Shown here: positions 1 through 10,826 of the stretch, piece after piece
How the letters are laid out: every line of letters starts with the position of its first letter
Numbering within the stretch: the first letter of the stretch is position 1
NCBI GenBank assembly: GCA_963833095.1
Contig: CAWHWQ010000001.1
Location: 256,001-320,000, forward strand
DNA: 64,000 nt
From: Vulcanimicrobiota bacterium
GTDB lineage: Bacteria; Vulcanimicrobiota; Vulcanimicrobiia; Vulcanimicrobiales; Vulcanimicrobiaceae
Direction: 5' to 3'
Translations under genes and position numbers: made by a program
Notes under the pieces: model-generated
Databases searched by the model: none
Told to the model about the DNA's origin: nothing
Seen by the model: only the letters and a program-made list of their open reading frames with translations

Positions 1-338
1 CGCCGCGGCCGAGAAAACTGCCGTAGCGCGCGACGCCCGGGCGGCACGCAGCGCACGCCCAGCTTCTTATAATTCCGCTTGATCGGAAGCTTGTCAAAGA
101 ATTCGAGACCCTGCGCATCGCCCATCGGCGCCACCTTACGCCGGGCGAAATAGAGAAGGATCGCCTGTTTGATCCAGGCGTGCACGACCCAGTCATCGCC
201 GTCCGGTTCGGCGACGCGCAACGTTCCAACGTCGAGTGCCGCAATGACGTCGTCAATCGGGCGGCCGGCGCGGCCGCGCACGTCGCCGTCGCCGGCGACA
301 AGCGCTTCAACTTGCACTTGCAGTTTGTCGGTTTTCAT
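1..338 (-). CDS. dapD: Tetrahydrodipicolinate N-succinyltransferase, 5' part (runs off the window; one indel near position 40)
   Basis: Not in the ORF track. Manual translation from ATG at 338 gives MKTDKLQ...LDVGTLRVAEPDGDDWVVHAWIKQAILLYF...FFDKLPIK...GVRCVPPG, then after a 1-nt shift VARYGSFLGRG. This matches the DapD N-terminal pattern (LRVAE...W.KxAILL.F...FDK.P.K...RVVP). Confidence 0.85.
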   Translation of the reverse strand, partial: MKTDKLQVQVEALVAGDGDVRGRAGRPIDDVIAALDVGTLRVAEPDGDDWVVHAWIKQAILLYFARRKVAPMGDAQGLEFFDKLPIKRNYKKLGVRCVPPGRRALRQFSRPR

Positions 339-374
339 GCCGGGCCAAGGTTACGCCTCGGCGAAGGGGCTTCC

Positions 375-1406
375 ATGCTCGCATACCGACTCTTTGAAGA
401 CGGGCCGCGTCTGATCGATGACGCGCCGGTCCCGCAACCGCGTGAAGGCCAGGTGCTCGTAAAGGTCGCCGGCTCGGGCGCCTGCCATTCCGATCTCCAC
501 GTGATCGCGGCAACGGCTGCCGGCAACTGTTTCTTCAAGCCTCCATATACGCTCGGGCACGAGAGCACCGGGTGGGTCGAAGCGGTCGGCGCGGGCGTGC
601 AACGCGTCCAACCCGGCGATAAAGTCGCGGTGTATTGCGCGATCGGTTGCGGAAAGTGCCGCATGTGTCTGGCCGGCTTCGAGAGTTACTGCATGCGTTC
701 TCGTCCAGTGAATGCCTTAGGTCTCGGGATCGACGGCGGCATGGCCGAATATCTCCTCGTGCCGGCGGAACGTTACCTCATTCCGCTGGGCGATCTGGAT
801 CCCGTGCAAGCAGCACCGCTCACCGACGCGGGCATGACGCCATACCATGCGATCAATCGCTCGCGCCCGCTCCTCACGCCTGACGCAACCGTCGTGGTCA
901 TGGGGATCGGCGGCCTCGGTCACCTCGCGCTACAGATTCTGCGCTCCACGAGCGCCGTGCGCGTGCTCGCGATCGACATCTCTGACCACAAACTGGCGCT
1001 GGCGAAAGAACTCGGTGCCGATGCTACCGTGCGCGCGGGTGAGAACGCGCTGCGCGAAACGATGGAGTTGTTGCACGGCGAGCAAGCCGACGTCGTGTTG
1101 GATTTCGTCGGAGTGCAATCGACGATCGACCTCGGCCGAAAGCTGGTTCGTCCCGGCGGCGATTTCACGATTGTCGGCCTCGGCGGCGGAACGATGAGCT
1201 ACGGACAAGGGCGGATCGCCGTAGGCGCGCGCGTCTTCACTCCCTACTTCGGCGGCATCGGCGAAATGCGCGAATTGATTGCGCTCGCCGCGCGCGGCGG
1301 CATCGCGGCGCACGTTACCCGCTATCCGCTCAAGCGCGTCGCCGAAGCATACCAGGCACTTCACGACGGCACCGTCGAGGGCCGCGCCGTTATCTGTCCG
1401 GGATAG
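375..1406 (+). CDS. Zn-dependent NAD(P) alcohol dehydrogenase (MDR family)
   Basis: GACHSDLH, GHE, structural Zn motif CGKCRMC...C, Rossmann GIGGLG. Start moved to ATG 375 (MLAYRL) because the upstream part overlaps dapD. Confidence 0.92.
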   Translation: MLAYRLFEDGPRLIDDAPVPQPREGQVLVKVAGSGACHSDLHVIAATAAGNCFFKPPYTLGHESTGWVEAVGAGVQRVQPGDKVAVYCAIGCGKCRMCLAGFESYCMRSRPVNALGLGIDGGMAEYLLVPAERYLIPLGDLDPVQAAPLTDAGMTPYHAINRSRPLLTPDATVVVMGIGGLGHLALQILRSTSAVRVLAIDISDHKLALAKELGADATVRAGENALRETMELLHGEQADVVLDFVGVQSTIDLGRKLVRPGGDFTIVGLGGGTMSYGQGRIAVGARVFTPYFGGIGEMRELIALAARGGIAAHVTRYPLKRVAEAYQALHDGTVEGRAVICPG

Positions 1407-1611
1407 GTCCCACGTCCCATAATCCATTGTCACGTGAGATGGCGTACTGTGAGGGCCCCACGCTCAACGCGGGGTGCGAAGCAGCGTAGCTGCGGAGCAT
1501 TTCAAAATAGGGGTCCCCAAATGACGATGAGCCATTTGGGGGTAAGATATGGATACGGGAGCGCGAATTACTCGCTCCCGCCTCTTCACTAGGGAACGAG
1601 AAGGAGCAGTC

Positions 1612-3615
1612 GTGCCGAACGCCCCCGCCGACGAGCAACGCATTAACACCATCCGCTTTCTTGCGGTCGATGCGGTCCAAAAGGCCAACTCTGGGCATCC
1701 CGGCATGCCCTTAGGGGCCGCCGCAATGGCCTATACGCTCTGGACCCGCCACCTCAAGTTCAATCCTAAGGACCCGCACTGGTTCGATCGCGATCGCTTC
1801 ATTCTCTCGGCCGGACACGGCTCAATGCTGCTCTACGCCCTGCTGTACCTCACCGGCTACGACCTCACGCTCGACGATCTCAAATCGTTCCGGCAACTCG
1901 GCAGCAAGACACCCGGCCATCCCGAAGCTGGGCATACGGCCGGCGTCGAGGCGACAACTGGGCCGCTTGGGCAGGGCCTTGCGAACTCGGTGGGCTTCGC
2001 GATCGCTGAAGCGCATCTCGGTGCCGTCTACAATCGATCCGACGCGAAGATCGTGGATCATTTTACCTACGTCATCGCCGGCGACGGCGACTTGATGGAG
2101 GGGGTGAGCCAAGAAGCTATCTCGCTTGCCGGTCATCTGCAACTTGGCAAGCTTATCGTGCTTTATGACGACAACCGCGTCTCGCTCGCCGCTCCTACCG
2201 ATGTCACGTATACGGAAGATGCGTGCGCGCGCTTCGATGCAAGCGGCTGGCACACCCAACGCGTCGACGTCGATCGTTCGAACGACGTCGCTACCCTCGA
2301 TCAAGCTATCAGCGTTGCCAAGGGCGTCACCGATCGCCCATCCATGATCGCGGTTCGCACGCACATCGGATTCGGCTCGCCGCTGCAAGATACGTTCAAG
2401 GCGCACGGCGAGCCACTCGGTGCCGACAACGTCAAAAAAACCAAACAAGAATTGGGCTGGCCGCTCGAGCCGGATTTCTACGTACCGGAGGAGGCGCTCG
2501 CGTTCTTTCGCGAGTGCGGCGCAAAAGGAGCGACGCTGGAAGCCGAATGGCAGAAACGCTATGACGGATGGATGTCGGCAAACCCGGATCTCGCCACACA
2601 GTTCGAGCGCGCGCTCGACGGCAAGCTGCCGGCGAACGTGCCGTGGCCCGCGTTCAACGCGGAGAACGGCGCAGTCGCCACGCGCGACGCGGGTGGGACG
2701 GTGATGAACGCGATCGCAAGCGCCCTCCCAGAGCTGGTCGGCGGCTCGGCCGACCTCGATCCCTCGACCAAGACCTACCTCAAAGACTGCGGCGATTTCC
2801 AGCCCAACAACTACGCCGGGCGGAACATTCACTACGGCGTTCGCGAGCACGGGATGGCCGCCGCGACCAATGGCATCGCGCTGCATGGCGGACTCATGCC
2901 CTTCTGCGCGACGTTCTTCAATTTTTCCGACTATCTCAAGCCGTCGCTGCGCCTGGCCGCGCTGACGAAATTGCATGCGATCTACGTTTTCACTCACGAC
3001 TCGGTGTTCTTGGGCGAAGACGGGCCGACGCACGAACCGATCGAGCAACTCGCGATGCTGCGCGCGACGCCAAACGTTCGCGTGGTGCGACCCGCCGATT
3101 CGCTCGAAACTTGCGAAGCGTGGAAGCTTGCCGTCGATCCGCGGAGCGGATGTCCGTGGGTGCTGGTGCTCACACGGCAAAAGCTGCCGTTCTTGGGTGC
3201 TCGCGACGCGCACGTTGGGCGCGGCGCCTACGTCCTCTCCGATGCAGCCGGCACGCCCGACCTGATTCTGATCGCGACCGGCTCCGAAGTCTCGCTCGCG
3301 CTCGACGCCAAAAAGCTCCTCGAGGACAAAGGCGTGCGGACGCGTGTCGTCTCGATGCCTTGTTGGGAGCTCTTCGAAGCCCAACCGCAATCCTATCGCG
3401 ACGAGGTACTTCCGCCGCAGATCACTGCGCGTATGTCGATCGAGGCTGCGGCGACCTTCGGGTGGGAGCGTTGGACCGGCGAACGCGGCGTCACGTATGG
3501 GATCGATCGCTTTGGCGAATCCGCGCCAATGGCCGCCATCGCCAAGAGCCTCGGCTTCACTCCGGAGCGCGTCGCCCAGGTTGCGCTCGACGCATTCGCG
3601 CTCGCCTCGCGCTAA
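1612..3615 (+). CDS. tkt: Transketolase
   Basis: [30 protein letters not shown] motif, [17 protein letters not shown] start after AAGGAG RBS. Confidence 0.98.
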   Translation: MPNAPADEQRINTIRFLAVDAVQKANSGHPGMPLGAAAMAYTLWTRHLKFNPKDPHWFDRDRFILSAGHGSMLLYALLYLTGYDLTLDDLKSFRQLGSKTPGHPEAGHTAGVEATTGPLGQGLANSVGFAIAEAHLGAVYNRSDAKIVDHFTYVIAGDGDLMEGVSQEAISLAGHLQLGKLIVLYDDNRVSLAAPTDVTYTEDACARFDASGWHTQRVDVDRSNDVATLDQAISVAKGVTDRPSMIAVRTHIGFGSPLQDTFKAHGEPLGADNVKKTKQELGWPLEPDFYVPEEALAFFRECGAKGATLEAEWQKRYDGWMSANPDLATQFERALDGKLPANVPWPAFNAENGAVATRDAGGTVMNAIASALPELVGGSADLDPSTKTYLKDCGDFQPNNYAGRNIHYGVREHGMAAATNGIALHGGLMPFCATFFNFSDYLKPSLRLAALTKLHAIYVFTHDSVFLGEDGPTHEPIEQLAMLRATPNVRVVRPADSLETCEAWKLAVDPRSGCPWVLVLTRQKLPFLGARDAHVGRGAYVLSDAAGTPDLILIATGSEVSLALDAKKLLEDKGVRTRVVSMPCWELFEAQPQSYRDEVLPPQITARMSIEAAATFGWERWTGERGVTYGIDRFGESAPMAAIAKSLGFTPERVAQVALDAFALASR

Positions 3616-3648
3616 TTTTTCCTTCGTTCCTTTGTACAGGAGAACCAC

Positions 3649-6499
3649 GTGAGCAACCAATTGCACCAACTGCTCGAGGCCGGGCAAAGCGTTTGGCTGG
3701 ACAACCTGCGGCGCGGCATGTTCGCGTCGGGTGAACTCAAGCGCCTGATCGACCAGGGTCTGCGCGGAATGACCAGCAATCCGACGATCTTCGAAAAGGC
3801 GATCGGAACGGGCGATGACTACGACGAGCAGTTGCGCACCCTCATCGGCCGCGAGACCAGCGCCGACGCGCTCTTTTGGGACTTGGCGGTAGCCGACATC
3901 CAGCACGCCTGCGACGCGTTTCGCGGCGTCTATGATTCCAGTGGCGGCAACGACGGCTTCGTCAGCCTGGAGGTCTCGCCGCTGCTCGCGCACGACACGC
4001 AAGGCACGATAGAGAATGCCAAGCTATTATGGCAGCGTGTCGATCGTCCGAACGTGATGGTGAAGATTCCCGGCACGAACGAAGGCGTCGCCGCGATCGA
4101 AGAGTGCATCTATTCGGGGCTCAATATCAACGTAACGCTGATCTTCTCCATCGAGATGTACGAGAAGACCGCAACGGCCTACATCGACGGGCTCAAGCGC
4201 CGCCTGTTGGAAGGCAAACCGATCGATCGGATTCGTTCGGTCAACTCGGTGTTCGTCAGCCGGATCGATTCGGCCGTCGATCGACTGTTGCAGGCCAAGA
4301 TCGCTAAGGGTGAAGCGTCGCTCCAGTCGCTCATGGGGAAGGCCGGCGTCGCGAACCTCAAACTGACCTATGCGAAGTTCGAGGAGCTTTTCGAAGGTGA
4401 GGGCTTTTCGCGGCGTGCTTCAGGCGGGCGGCGCGGTGCAGCGCCCGCTCTGGGCCAGTACGTCGGTGAAGAATCCGGCCTATCCCGACTTGATGTACGT
4501 TGAGACCGTGGTCGGCAAGCACACGGTTAACACCATGCCACCTAACACTCTCGATGCGCTGCTCGATCACGGCAAGGTCACAGCCGACACGGTTGAGACG
4601 GGGCTCGATGAAGCCCGCGCGACGATGCGCGCGCTGCAAGACGCCAAGATCTCCTTCTACGACGTCACGCACGAGCTTCAGGTTGAGGGCGTCTCGCTCT
4701 TTTCCGATTCGTTCGCCGCGCTAATGGGTGCGATCGTCTATAAGCAAAAGCAACTCGCCGGCGGCAAGGAGCGCGTGGCAATCTCGTCAGAGCGAGCCGA
4801 CGCACTTGAGAAACTCGCGAGCAATGATTTCCTCAAAAAACTCTGGGCCAAAGATCCTTCACCGTGGACGAACGATCCGGCGGCCGCCGACATTATCAAA
4901 CACGCTTTGGGTTGGCTAGACATTCCGCAGCATATGATGGAGCGCGTCCCGGAGCTCGATGCGTTTGCGAAGGAGATCGCGCGCGAGTTCGATCACGTCG
5001 TGGTGCTCGGCATGGGCGGAAGTTCGCTCGCGCCCGATATCATGAGTGAAACGTTCGGTGACTTGGCCGGTGGCCCGGCGAACGACGCCGATTGGCCGGA
5101 ACTGCACGTGCTCGATTCGACCGATCCAACGCAGATCGCCGAACTCGACGAGAAGCTTGCGCTCGACCGCACGCTGTTCATCGTATCGAGTAAAAGTGGA
5201 TCGACTACTGAACCCAATGCGTTCTTTGCCTACTACTACGACAAGGTTGCAAAGCTCGTCGGAACGAGCAATGCGGGCAAACAGTTCATCGCCGTGACCG
5301 ACCCGGGCACACTCATGGTTGACGTTGCCAAGGGCCACAACTTCCGCCGCATTTTCGAAAACGATCCGAATATCGGCGGACGGTATTCTGCGCTCTCCTA
5401 CTTCGGCATGGTGCCCGCGGCGCTGGCCGGTTACGACGTGCGCCTGATCCTCGATCGCGCGCTGGGCGCGATGCATGCCAACGATAAGTCGGTCGACCCG
5501 CGCGTTGCAACCGGCGTCCGCTTCGGTGCGGCGATCGGCGGCTGGGCGCAGGCCGAACGTGACAAACTCACGATCGTAACGCATCCCGACGTATCGGCTT
5601 TCGGTGCGTGGGCCGAGCAACTCATCGCCGAATCGACCGGTAAGCACGGTAAGGGTATTGTGCCGATCGAAGGCGAGGCCTTGGGCGCGCCCAGCGATTA
5701 CGGGGACGATCGCGTCTTTGTCTACGTGGGGTCGAATCTTCCGGATCCCAAAGCCGGCGTGAAAGAAAGTTTGCAGGCTTTGGAAGACGCCGGGTATCCA
5801 GTGATTCGTCTCGCCATGAACGACGAATACGATCTGGGCGAGCAGTTCTACCTATGGGAGATAGCGACGGCTGCGGCGGGAAGCATTCTCGGGATCAATG
5901 CATTCGATCAGCCCAACGTGCAAGAGTCCAAAGACAACACCAAAGCGCTGCTTGCGCAGTACGAAGCCAAAGGCTCGATCGACGAACCGGCACCCAACGT
6001 CGAAGGCCCCGCCTTTGATATCACCTATCTCTCGGGCACCAAGGACTTCGCTGGAGCGCACCGCGATGTCGGCGCGCTTGCCGCGGTCTTCAAGCAACTC
6101 GTGCCCGGCGATTACGTCGCGATCTGCGCTTATATCGCGCGCAATCCCGCGCACATCGAAACGCTCGACAAGCTGCGCTTGATGATACGCAACGCGAGCG
6201 ACGTCGCAACAACGGTTGGCTTTGGGCCGCGCTTCCTGCATTCTACGGGACAACTCCACAAGGGCGGTCCCAACTCGGCAGTGATGCTGCAGATCGTCGG
6301 CGACGACCCGGCGGATCCGCCGATCCCTGGCATGAACGTCGGCTTCCGCACGCTCCTCGCGGCGCAGGCGCTGGGCGACTGGCAATCACTCGATAGCCGC
6401 AAGCGGCGCGGCGTTCGTATCCATCTCAAAGGCGATATCGATTCCGCGCTCCAAACGTTCGTCGCTGCAGTCGACGACGCACTTTCCACTCGGGCATAG
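3649..6499 (+). CDS. tal-pgi: Bifunctional transaldolase/glucose-6-phosphate isomerase fusion, split by a single extra T (TTTT at 4405-4408)
   Basis: ORF 3649-4503 has MTSNPTIF, VMVKIP and NINVTLIFS. ORF 4370-6499 continues with the Tal C-terminus QRPLWASTSVKNP, then PGI motifs GMGGSSL, SKSG, GGRYS, QLIAES and FDQPNV. Confidence 0.93.
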
Positions 6500-6578
6500 A
6501 CGGTTCGGCCGCTTTACGGCGGTCGCGCCGCCTGCGCTCCTCACCTTCACCTGCATCGTGCAGGTACAGGAGTAATAC

Positions 6579-7487
6579 ATGCAAATCGGGATGGTTGGAC
6601 TGGGCAAGATGGGCGCGAACATGACGACGCGCCTGATCCAAGGTGGACATCAGGTTGTCGTCTACGACCGTAGCGCGGATGCGGTCGCGCAAGCGGCCTC
6701 CGGTGGCGCAAGTGCGTCGAGCGGACTGCGTGATTTGTGCGCTAAGCTCAGTGGCTCGCCCAAGGTCGTGTGGATCATGGTTCCTTCGGGCAAGCCGACC
6801 GATGACACCATCGATGAACTCGCCGCCATCTTAAAAAGCGGCGACATCATCATCGACGGTGGAAATACCAACTGGAAGGATGGACTTGCCGCCTACGAGC
6901 GCTGCAAAGCTAAGGGCGTGTTTCTCGTCGATGCGGGCACGAGCGGCGGCATCTGGGGCCTCAAGGAAGGCTATAGTCTCATGGTGGGAGGCGACGACAT
7001 CGCGGTCAAGGCGTGCGAACCGGTTTTTTTGACCCTCGCACCGCCCAAAGGCTACGCGCACGTTGGCCCAGCCGGCGCCGGCCATTTTTCGAAGATGGTG
7101 CACAACGGCGTCGAGTACGGCATGATGCAGGCCTACGGCGAAGGATTTGAGATTCTCGAGACCTCGCCGTTCGATTTCGATCTCGAACAAGTCGCGAGCG
7201 TTTGGTGTTACGGCAGCGTCGTGCGCTCGTGGCTGCTCGAGCTGGCGGTGCTTGCGTTCAAAGCCGATCCGGGCCTCAAAGACATTCGCGGCTACGTCGA
7301 GGACACGGGCGAGGGACGCTGGACGGTGCAAGCCGCAATCGACCAAAACGTGCCCGCTCCGGTCATCACGCTCTCGTTGATGCAACGGTTCGTGTCGCGT
7401 CAAGAAGAGTCGTTCAGCGCAAAGGTGATCGCCGCGCTGCGCAACCAGTTCGGCGGGCACGCCGTGAAGACGGAGACCCATGCCTGA
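6579..7487 (+). CDS. gnd: 6-phosphogluconate dehydrogenase, decarboxylating (short YqeC/GntZ type)
   Basis: GLGKMG, DGGN, SGG, KMVHNGVEYG, LRNQFGGH. Confidence 0.96.
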   Translation: MQIGMVGLGKMGANMTTRLIQGGHQVVVYDRSADAVAQAASGGASASSGLRDLCAKLSGSPKVVWIMVPSGKPTDDTIDELAAILKSGDIIIDGGNTNWKDGLAAYERCKAKGVFLVDAGTSGGIWGLKEGYSLMVGGDDIAVKACEPVFLTLAPPKGYAHVGPAGAGHFSKMVHNGVEYGMMQAYGEGFEILETSPFDFDLEQVASVWCYGSVVRSWLLELAVLAFKADPGLKDIRGYVEDTGEGRWTVQAAIDQNVPAPVITLSLMQRFVSRQEESFSAKVIAALRNQFGGHAVKTETHA

Positions 7488-9030
7488 AGCGGTTGCTACC
7501 GTCTCCGTCGACGGTCAGTCCGAGAATCCGCTGCGCGTTGGGCTCCAGACCGAACGCATCAGCGATCCGTGCACGATCGTATTCTTCGGCGCGAGCGGCG
7601 ACCTCTTTAAGCGCATGCTGCTTCCTGCCGTCTACTCGCTGCGACTGCACGGCACGCTGCCCAACGATTTCGCCGTCGTTGGAGTTTCGCGCGCCGAGTA
7701 CACCGACGACAGCTTTCGTGACTACTGCAAAGAGCAACTCGATCAATTTGCGCCGGCCGATCAGAAGCCGCAGGGCGCGATCTGGGACGACTTCGCCAAA
7801 CGCCTGAGCTACGTTGCGGGCGAATTCGACGATCACAAGACTTACGGTGAACTGGCTAAACAGATAGCGTACAACGATAAGGAACTCGGGACCAAAGGAA
7901 ACCGGCTCTTCTACCTCTCCACGCCGCCTTCGGTCTTCCCGACAATCATCGAATTCTTGCGCGAAGCCGACCTCAACCAGCAACAAGAAGGCTGGGGCCG
8001 CATCGTCGTCGAGAAGCCGTTTGGCACCGATCTCGAGTCGGCTCGCGCTCTGCAGACAGCGGTCGAGAGCGTGTTCCGCGAGAGGGAGGTCTATCGCATC
8101 GATCACTACTTGGGCAAAGAGCCCGTGCAAGACATCATGGCGTTGCGCTTTGCCAACACGATCTTTGAGCCGGTGTGGAACCGCAACTACGTGCAGTCGG
8201 TGCAGATCACCGCAGCCGAACAGCTCGGCGTCGAGATGCGCGGCGGCTACTACGACAATGCCGGCACCTTGCGTGACATGATCCAAAATCACGTGATGAA
8301 TCTGCTCGCGCTCGTCGCCATGGAGCCTCCCTCGAGTTCCGACGCCGACGCAATTCGCAGCGAGAAGTTCAAAGTGCTCGAGTCGATCCAGCCGCCTGAG
8401 CACGCCAAGGTGCTCGAGATGTCGGCGCGCGGACAGTACGGCGCCGGCGCGATCAACGGCAAACCGGTGCCCAGCTATCGTCAGGAGCCCGATGTCGATC
8501 CACAGTCAAATACTGAGACCTTCGCGTCGGTCCGGCTTTTGGTCGATAATTGGCGCTGGGCCGGGGTGCCATTCTATTTGCGCTCGGGCAAGCGGCTCGC
8601 AAAGAAAATGTCGGAGATCGCGGTGACGTTCAAACCGATTCCGCACCGGATTTACGGTGAACGAACCGATACGATCGAACCCAACGTGCTGGTGATGAAG
8701 ATTCAGCCCGATGAAGGCGTCGCGATGCGTTTCTCGGCCAAGGTCCCGGGAATGAAGAATCACATTCGCAGCGTCTTCATGGACTTCAATTACGGAACGG
8801 GATTCGGCGTGCAATCTCCGCCCGCGTACGAACGCTTGATCGGCGACGCGATGCGCGGCGATCAGACCCTTTTCACCCGCTGGGACGCGGTTGAACGCGC
8901 GTGGGAGATCGTGACGCCCGTGCTCGACGTCTGGCGGAACACCAAGGACTTCACCTTCCCAAACTATCCGGCGGGATCGCAGGGTCCGCAGTCGGCTTTC
9001 ACGCTCTTTCCGGAGTGGCGCGCGTTGTGA
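7480..9030 (+). CDS. zwf: Glucose-6-phosphate 1-dehydrogenase
   Basis: GASGDL, EKPFG, RIDHYLGKE, RDMIQNH. Confidence 0.98.
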   Translation: MPEAVATVSVDGQSENPLRVGLQTERISDPCTIVFFGASGDLFKRMLLPAVYSLRLHGTLPNDFAVVGVSRAEYTDDSFRDYCKEQLDQFAPADQKPQGAIWDDFAKRLSYVAGEFDDHKTYGELAKQIAYNDKELGTKGNRLFYLSTPPSVFPTIIEFLREADLNQQQEGWGRIVVEKPFGTDLESARALQTAVESVFREREVYRIDHYLGKEPVQDIMALRFANTIFEPVWNRNYVQSVQITAAEQLGVEMRGGYYDNAGTLRDMIQNHVMNLLALVAMEPPSSSDADAIRSEKFKVLESIQPPEHAKVLEMSARGQYGAGAINGKPVPSYRQEPDVDPQSNTETFASVRLLVDNWRWAGVPFYLRSGKRLAKKMSEIAVTFKPIPHRIYGERTDTIEPNVLVMKIQPDEGVAMRFSAKVPGMKNHIRSVFMDFNYGTGFGVQSPPAYERLIGDAMRGDQTLFTRWDAVERAWEIVTPVLDVWRNTKDFTFPNYPAGSQGPQSAFTLFPEWRAL

Positions 9031-10004
9031 GTCTTGACGTCCATCCGGTTGTGGACGCGCTGGCAAAAAGCCGGCAAGACCCAGGCGCAATGAAAACCGC
9101 GACGATGACGTTCGTGATCTTCTTCGGCGCCGGCGAGGGAGCTGATTGGGTGCGCGGTCGCGCGCATGCGCTCGCCGAGAAACATCCTTCACGCGTTGTG
9201 ATTTTCGATGCGAATAAGAACGACGACGAACGCCTCATCGAACCTCCGCAAAGACGCGGTGAGTGGGTAGAAATCGGCGTACACGACGCGGCCCCGGCCG
9301 AGCTCGATGCTGCGCTCACGTTGCTCGAGCTACCCGAAGCACCGGTCGTGCTGCTCTGGATTGCCGAAGCGCTGTCGGCCGACGAGCGCTTTCTGGCGCT
9401 CGCGCGCCGCGCGGATACGACTATTTGCAGTACCTCGGTCGCGCGAACCGACGAGCGTCCGCTGCGCGATCTCAGTCAATTCGTTGACGCGCATCCCGAG
9501 ATCCCTATCCAGGACGTTGCGTATTTGCGTCTGGCAGCGTGGCAAGAGCTCATCGCGGAGTTCTTCGATGAACCGGGCTGCCGCGTGGAACTCGAAGCCC
9601 TGCGCAGCGTCGAAGTTACCGCGGGATCGGATGCCGAGATGTATTATTTGCTCGGCTGGCTCGCAAGCCGGCTTGCGTGGACGCCGCTCGACGGTTCGAC
9701 CTTTGCAGCCAAAAGCGGGAACGTGCAGTTCACGATGATTCGGGACGGCCCGGCGCGACGGCTCTCGAAGGTCGTACTCGCGTCGGAGCGAGCGTCATTT
9801 AGCGCGAGCGTTCATCCGCAGGATCAGGACGCGATCTGCCTCGACGTCACGGGTTCGGCTGCATGTCCGTCGCGCTGCACTCCGTTGCACACGGTCGACC
9901 TCGCTTCGCTCGTCGAGCGCGCGATTCTCCGCCGCTCGCGTGACGAGGTCTTTATGGAATCACTGGGCATGGCCAAACTCATCATCGAAAGGCACGTTGC
10001 ATGA
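9027..10004 (+). CDS. opcA: G6PDH assembly/effector protein OpcA
   Basis: Lies between zwf and pgl with a GTGA overlap. HPSRVV, PVVLLW, D..Y.RL..WQELIA.FFD and LLGWLASRLAW motifs. Confidence 0.85.
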   Translation: MSLDVHPVVDALAKSRQDPGAMKTATMTFVIFFGAGEGADWVRGRAHALAEKHPSRVVIFDANKNDDERLIEPPQRRGEWVEIGVHDAAPAELDAALTLLELPEAPVVLLWIAEALSADERFLALARRADTTICSTSVARTDERPLRDLSQFVDAHPEIPIQDVAYLRLAAWQELIAEFFDEPGCRVELEALRSVEVTAGSDAEMYYLLGWLASRLAWTPLDGSTFAAKSGNVQFTMIRDGPARRLSKVVLASERASFSASVHPQDQDAICLDVTGSAACPSRCTPLHTVDLASLVERAILRRSRDEVFMESLGMAKLIIERHVA

Positions 10005-10732
10005 CACGCGAAGCCGGGACCCTCTACGTCTACGAAACGCCCGACGACGTCGCCAAGGCGCTTGCCGATCTTTTCATACGTCATGCAACGTCGGCAATCG
10101 ATAGCAGCGGTCGTTTCGTGGTTTCACTCGCTGGGGGGACGACACCAAAGGCGACCTACTCTATGTTCGCCAAACCTCCCTACGCGAGCGCGATCGATTG
10201 GAGCGCGGTCGATATTTTTTTCGGCGACGAACGCTGCGTACCGCCTGATAACGAGCAGTCGAATTATAAGATGGCATTTGAGGCGTTCATCGGCCCGCTG
10301 GGAATCGCGGGCAGCCAGGTGCACCGCATGCGCGGTGAGGACGATCCGCAGCATGCGGCAATTGCTTATCGCGGCGTGCTCTTCGATGAACTTGGCGAAC
10401 GGCCGTCCTTCGATCTGGTGATGCTTGGCATCGGCCCCGACGGTCACACCGCCTCGCTCTTCCCGGGCGAAGATCCACGCGCCGAAGATCAGGAAAAGGT
10501 TCGCGCCGTCTACGCGACGTCGCACGCACAATGGCGTCTCACCCTTACGCCGGCGGTGATCAATGCCGCGCAGGCGATCGTCTTTGCTGCCACAGGCGCG
10601 GAAAAGGCCATGGTCATTGGAACCGTGCGTCAGGGGCCTTACGATCCGATCACGCTCCCAGCGCAAATCATCGCGCCGACCGACGGCGAACTGATCTGGC
10701 TCGTCGATAAAACGGCAGCCGGGAAAACGTAA
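10001..10732 (+). CDS. pgl: 6-phosphogluconolactonase
   Basis: LAGGTTP, FGDERCVP, LGIGPDGHTASLFP, RLTLT. Confidence 0.96.
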   Translation: MTREAGTLYVYETPDDVAKALADLFIRHATSAIDSSGRFVVSLAGGTTPKATYSMFAKPPYASAIDWSAVDIFFGDERCVPPDNEQSNYKMAFEAFIGPLGIAGSQVHRMRGEDDPQHAAIAYRGVLFDELGERPSFDLVMLGIGPDGHTASLFPGEDPRAEDQEKVRAVYATSHAQWRLTLTPAVINAAQAIVFAATGAEKAMVIGTVRQGPYDPITLPAQIIAPTDGELIWLVDKTAAGKT

Positions 10733-10766
10733 CCGGCCTATTGGAACGCATCTATTAGATATGTAA

Positions 10767-10795
10767 TTGACAGGCACCCGCGCTTCCGCTATGCT
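10767..10795 (+). promoter_or_regulatory. Near-consensus sigma70 promoter
   Basis: TTGACA-17 nt-TATGCT, 31 nt upstream of the ATG at 10827. Confidence 0.7.
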
Positions 10796-10826
10796 ACCAT
10801 TAGATTCATAATAGCTGGAGACGACG

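Noticed and set aside
1822..4002. Long antisense ORFs (also 35899-36945, 48816-49817, 7414-8403)
   Set aside because: Shadow frames of high-GC genes lying opposite well-supported CDSs.
4400..4412. Programmed ribosomal frameshift in tal-pgi
   Set aside because: The break falls inside the transaldolase domain at a T homopolymer, in an assembly with many similar indels.
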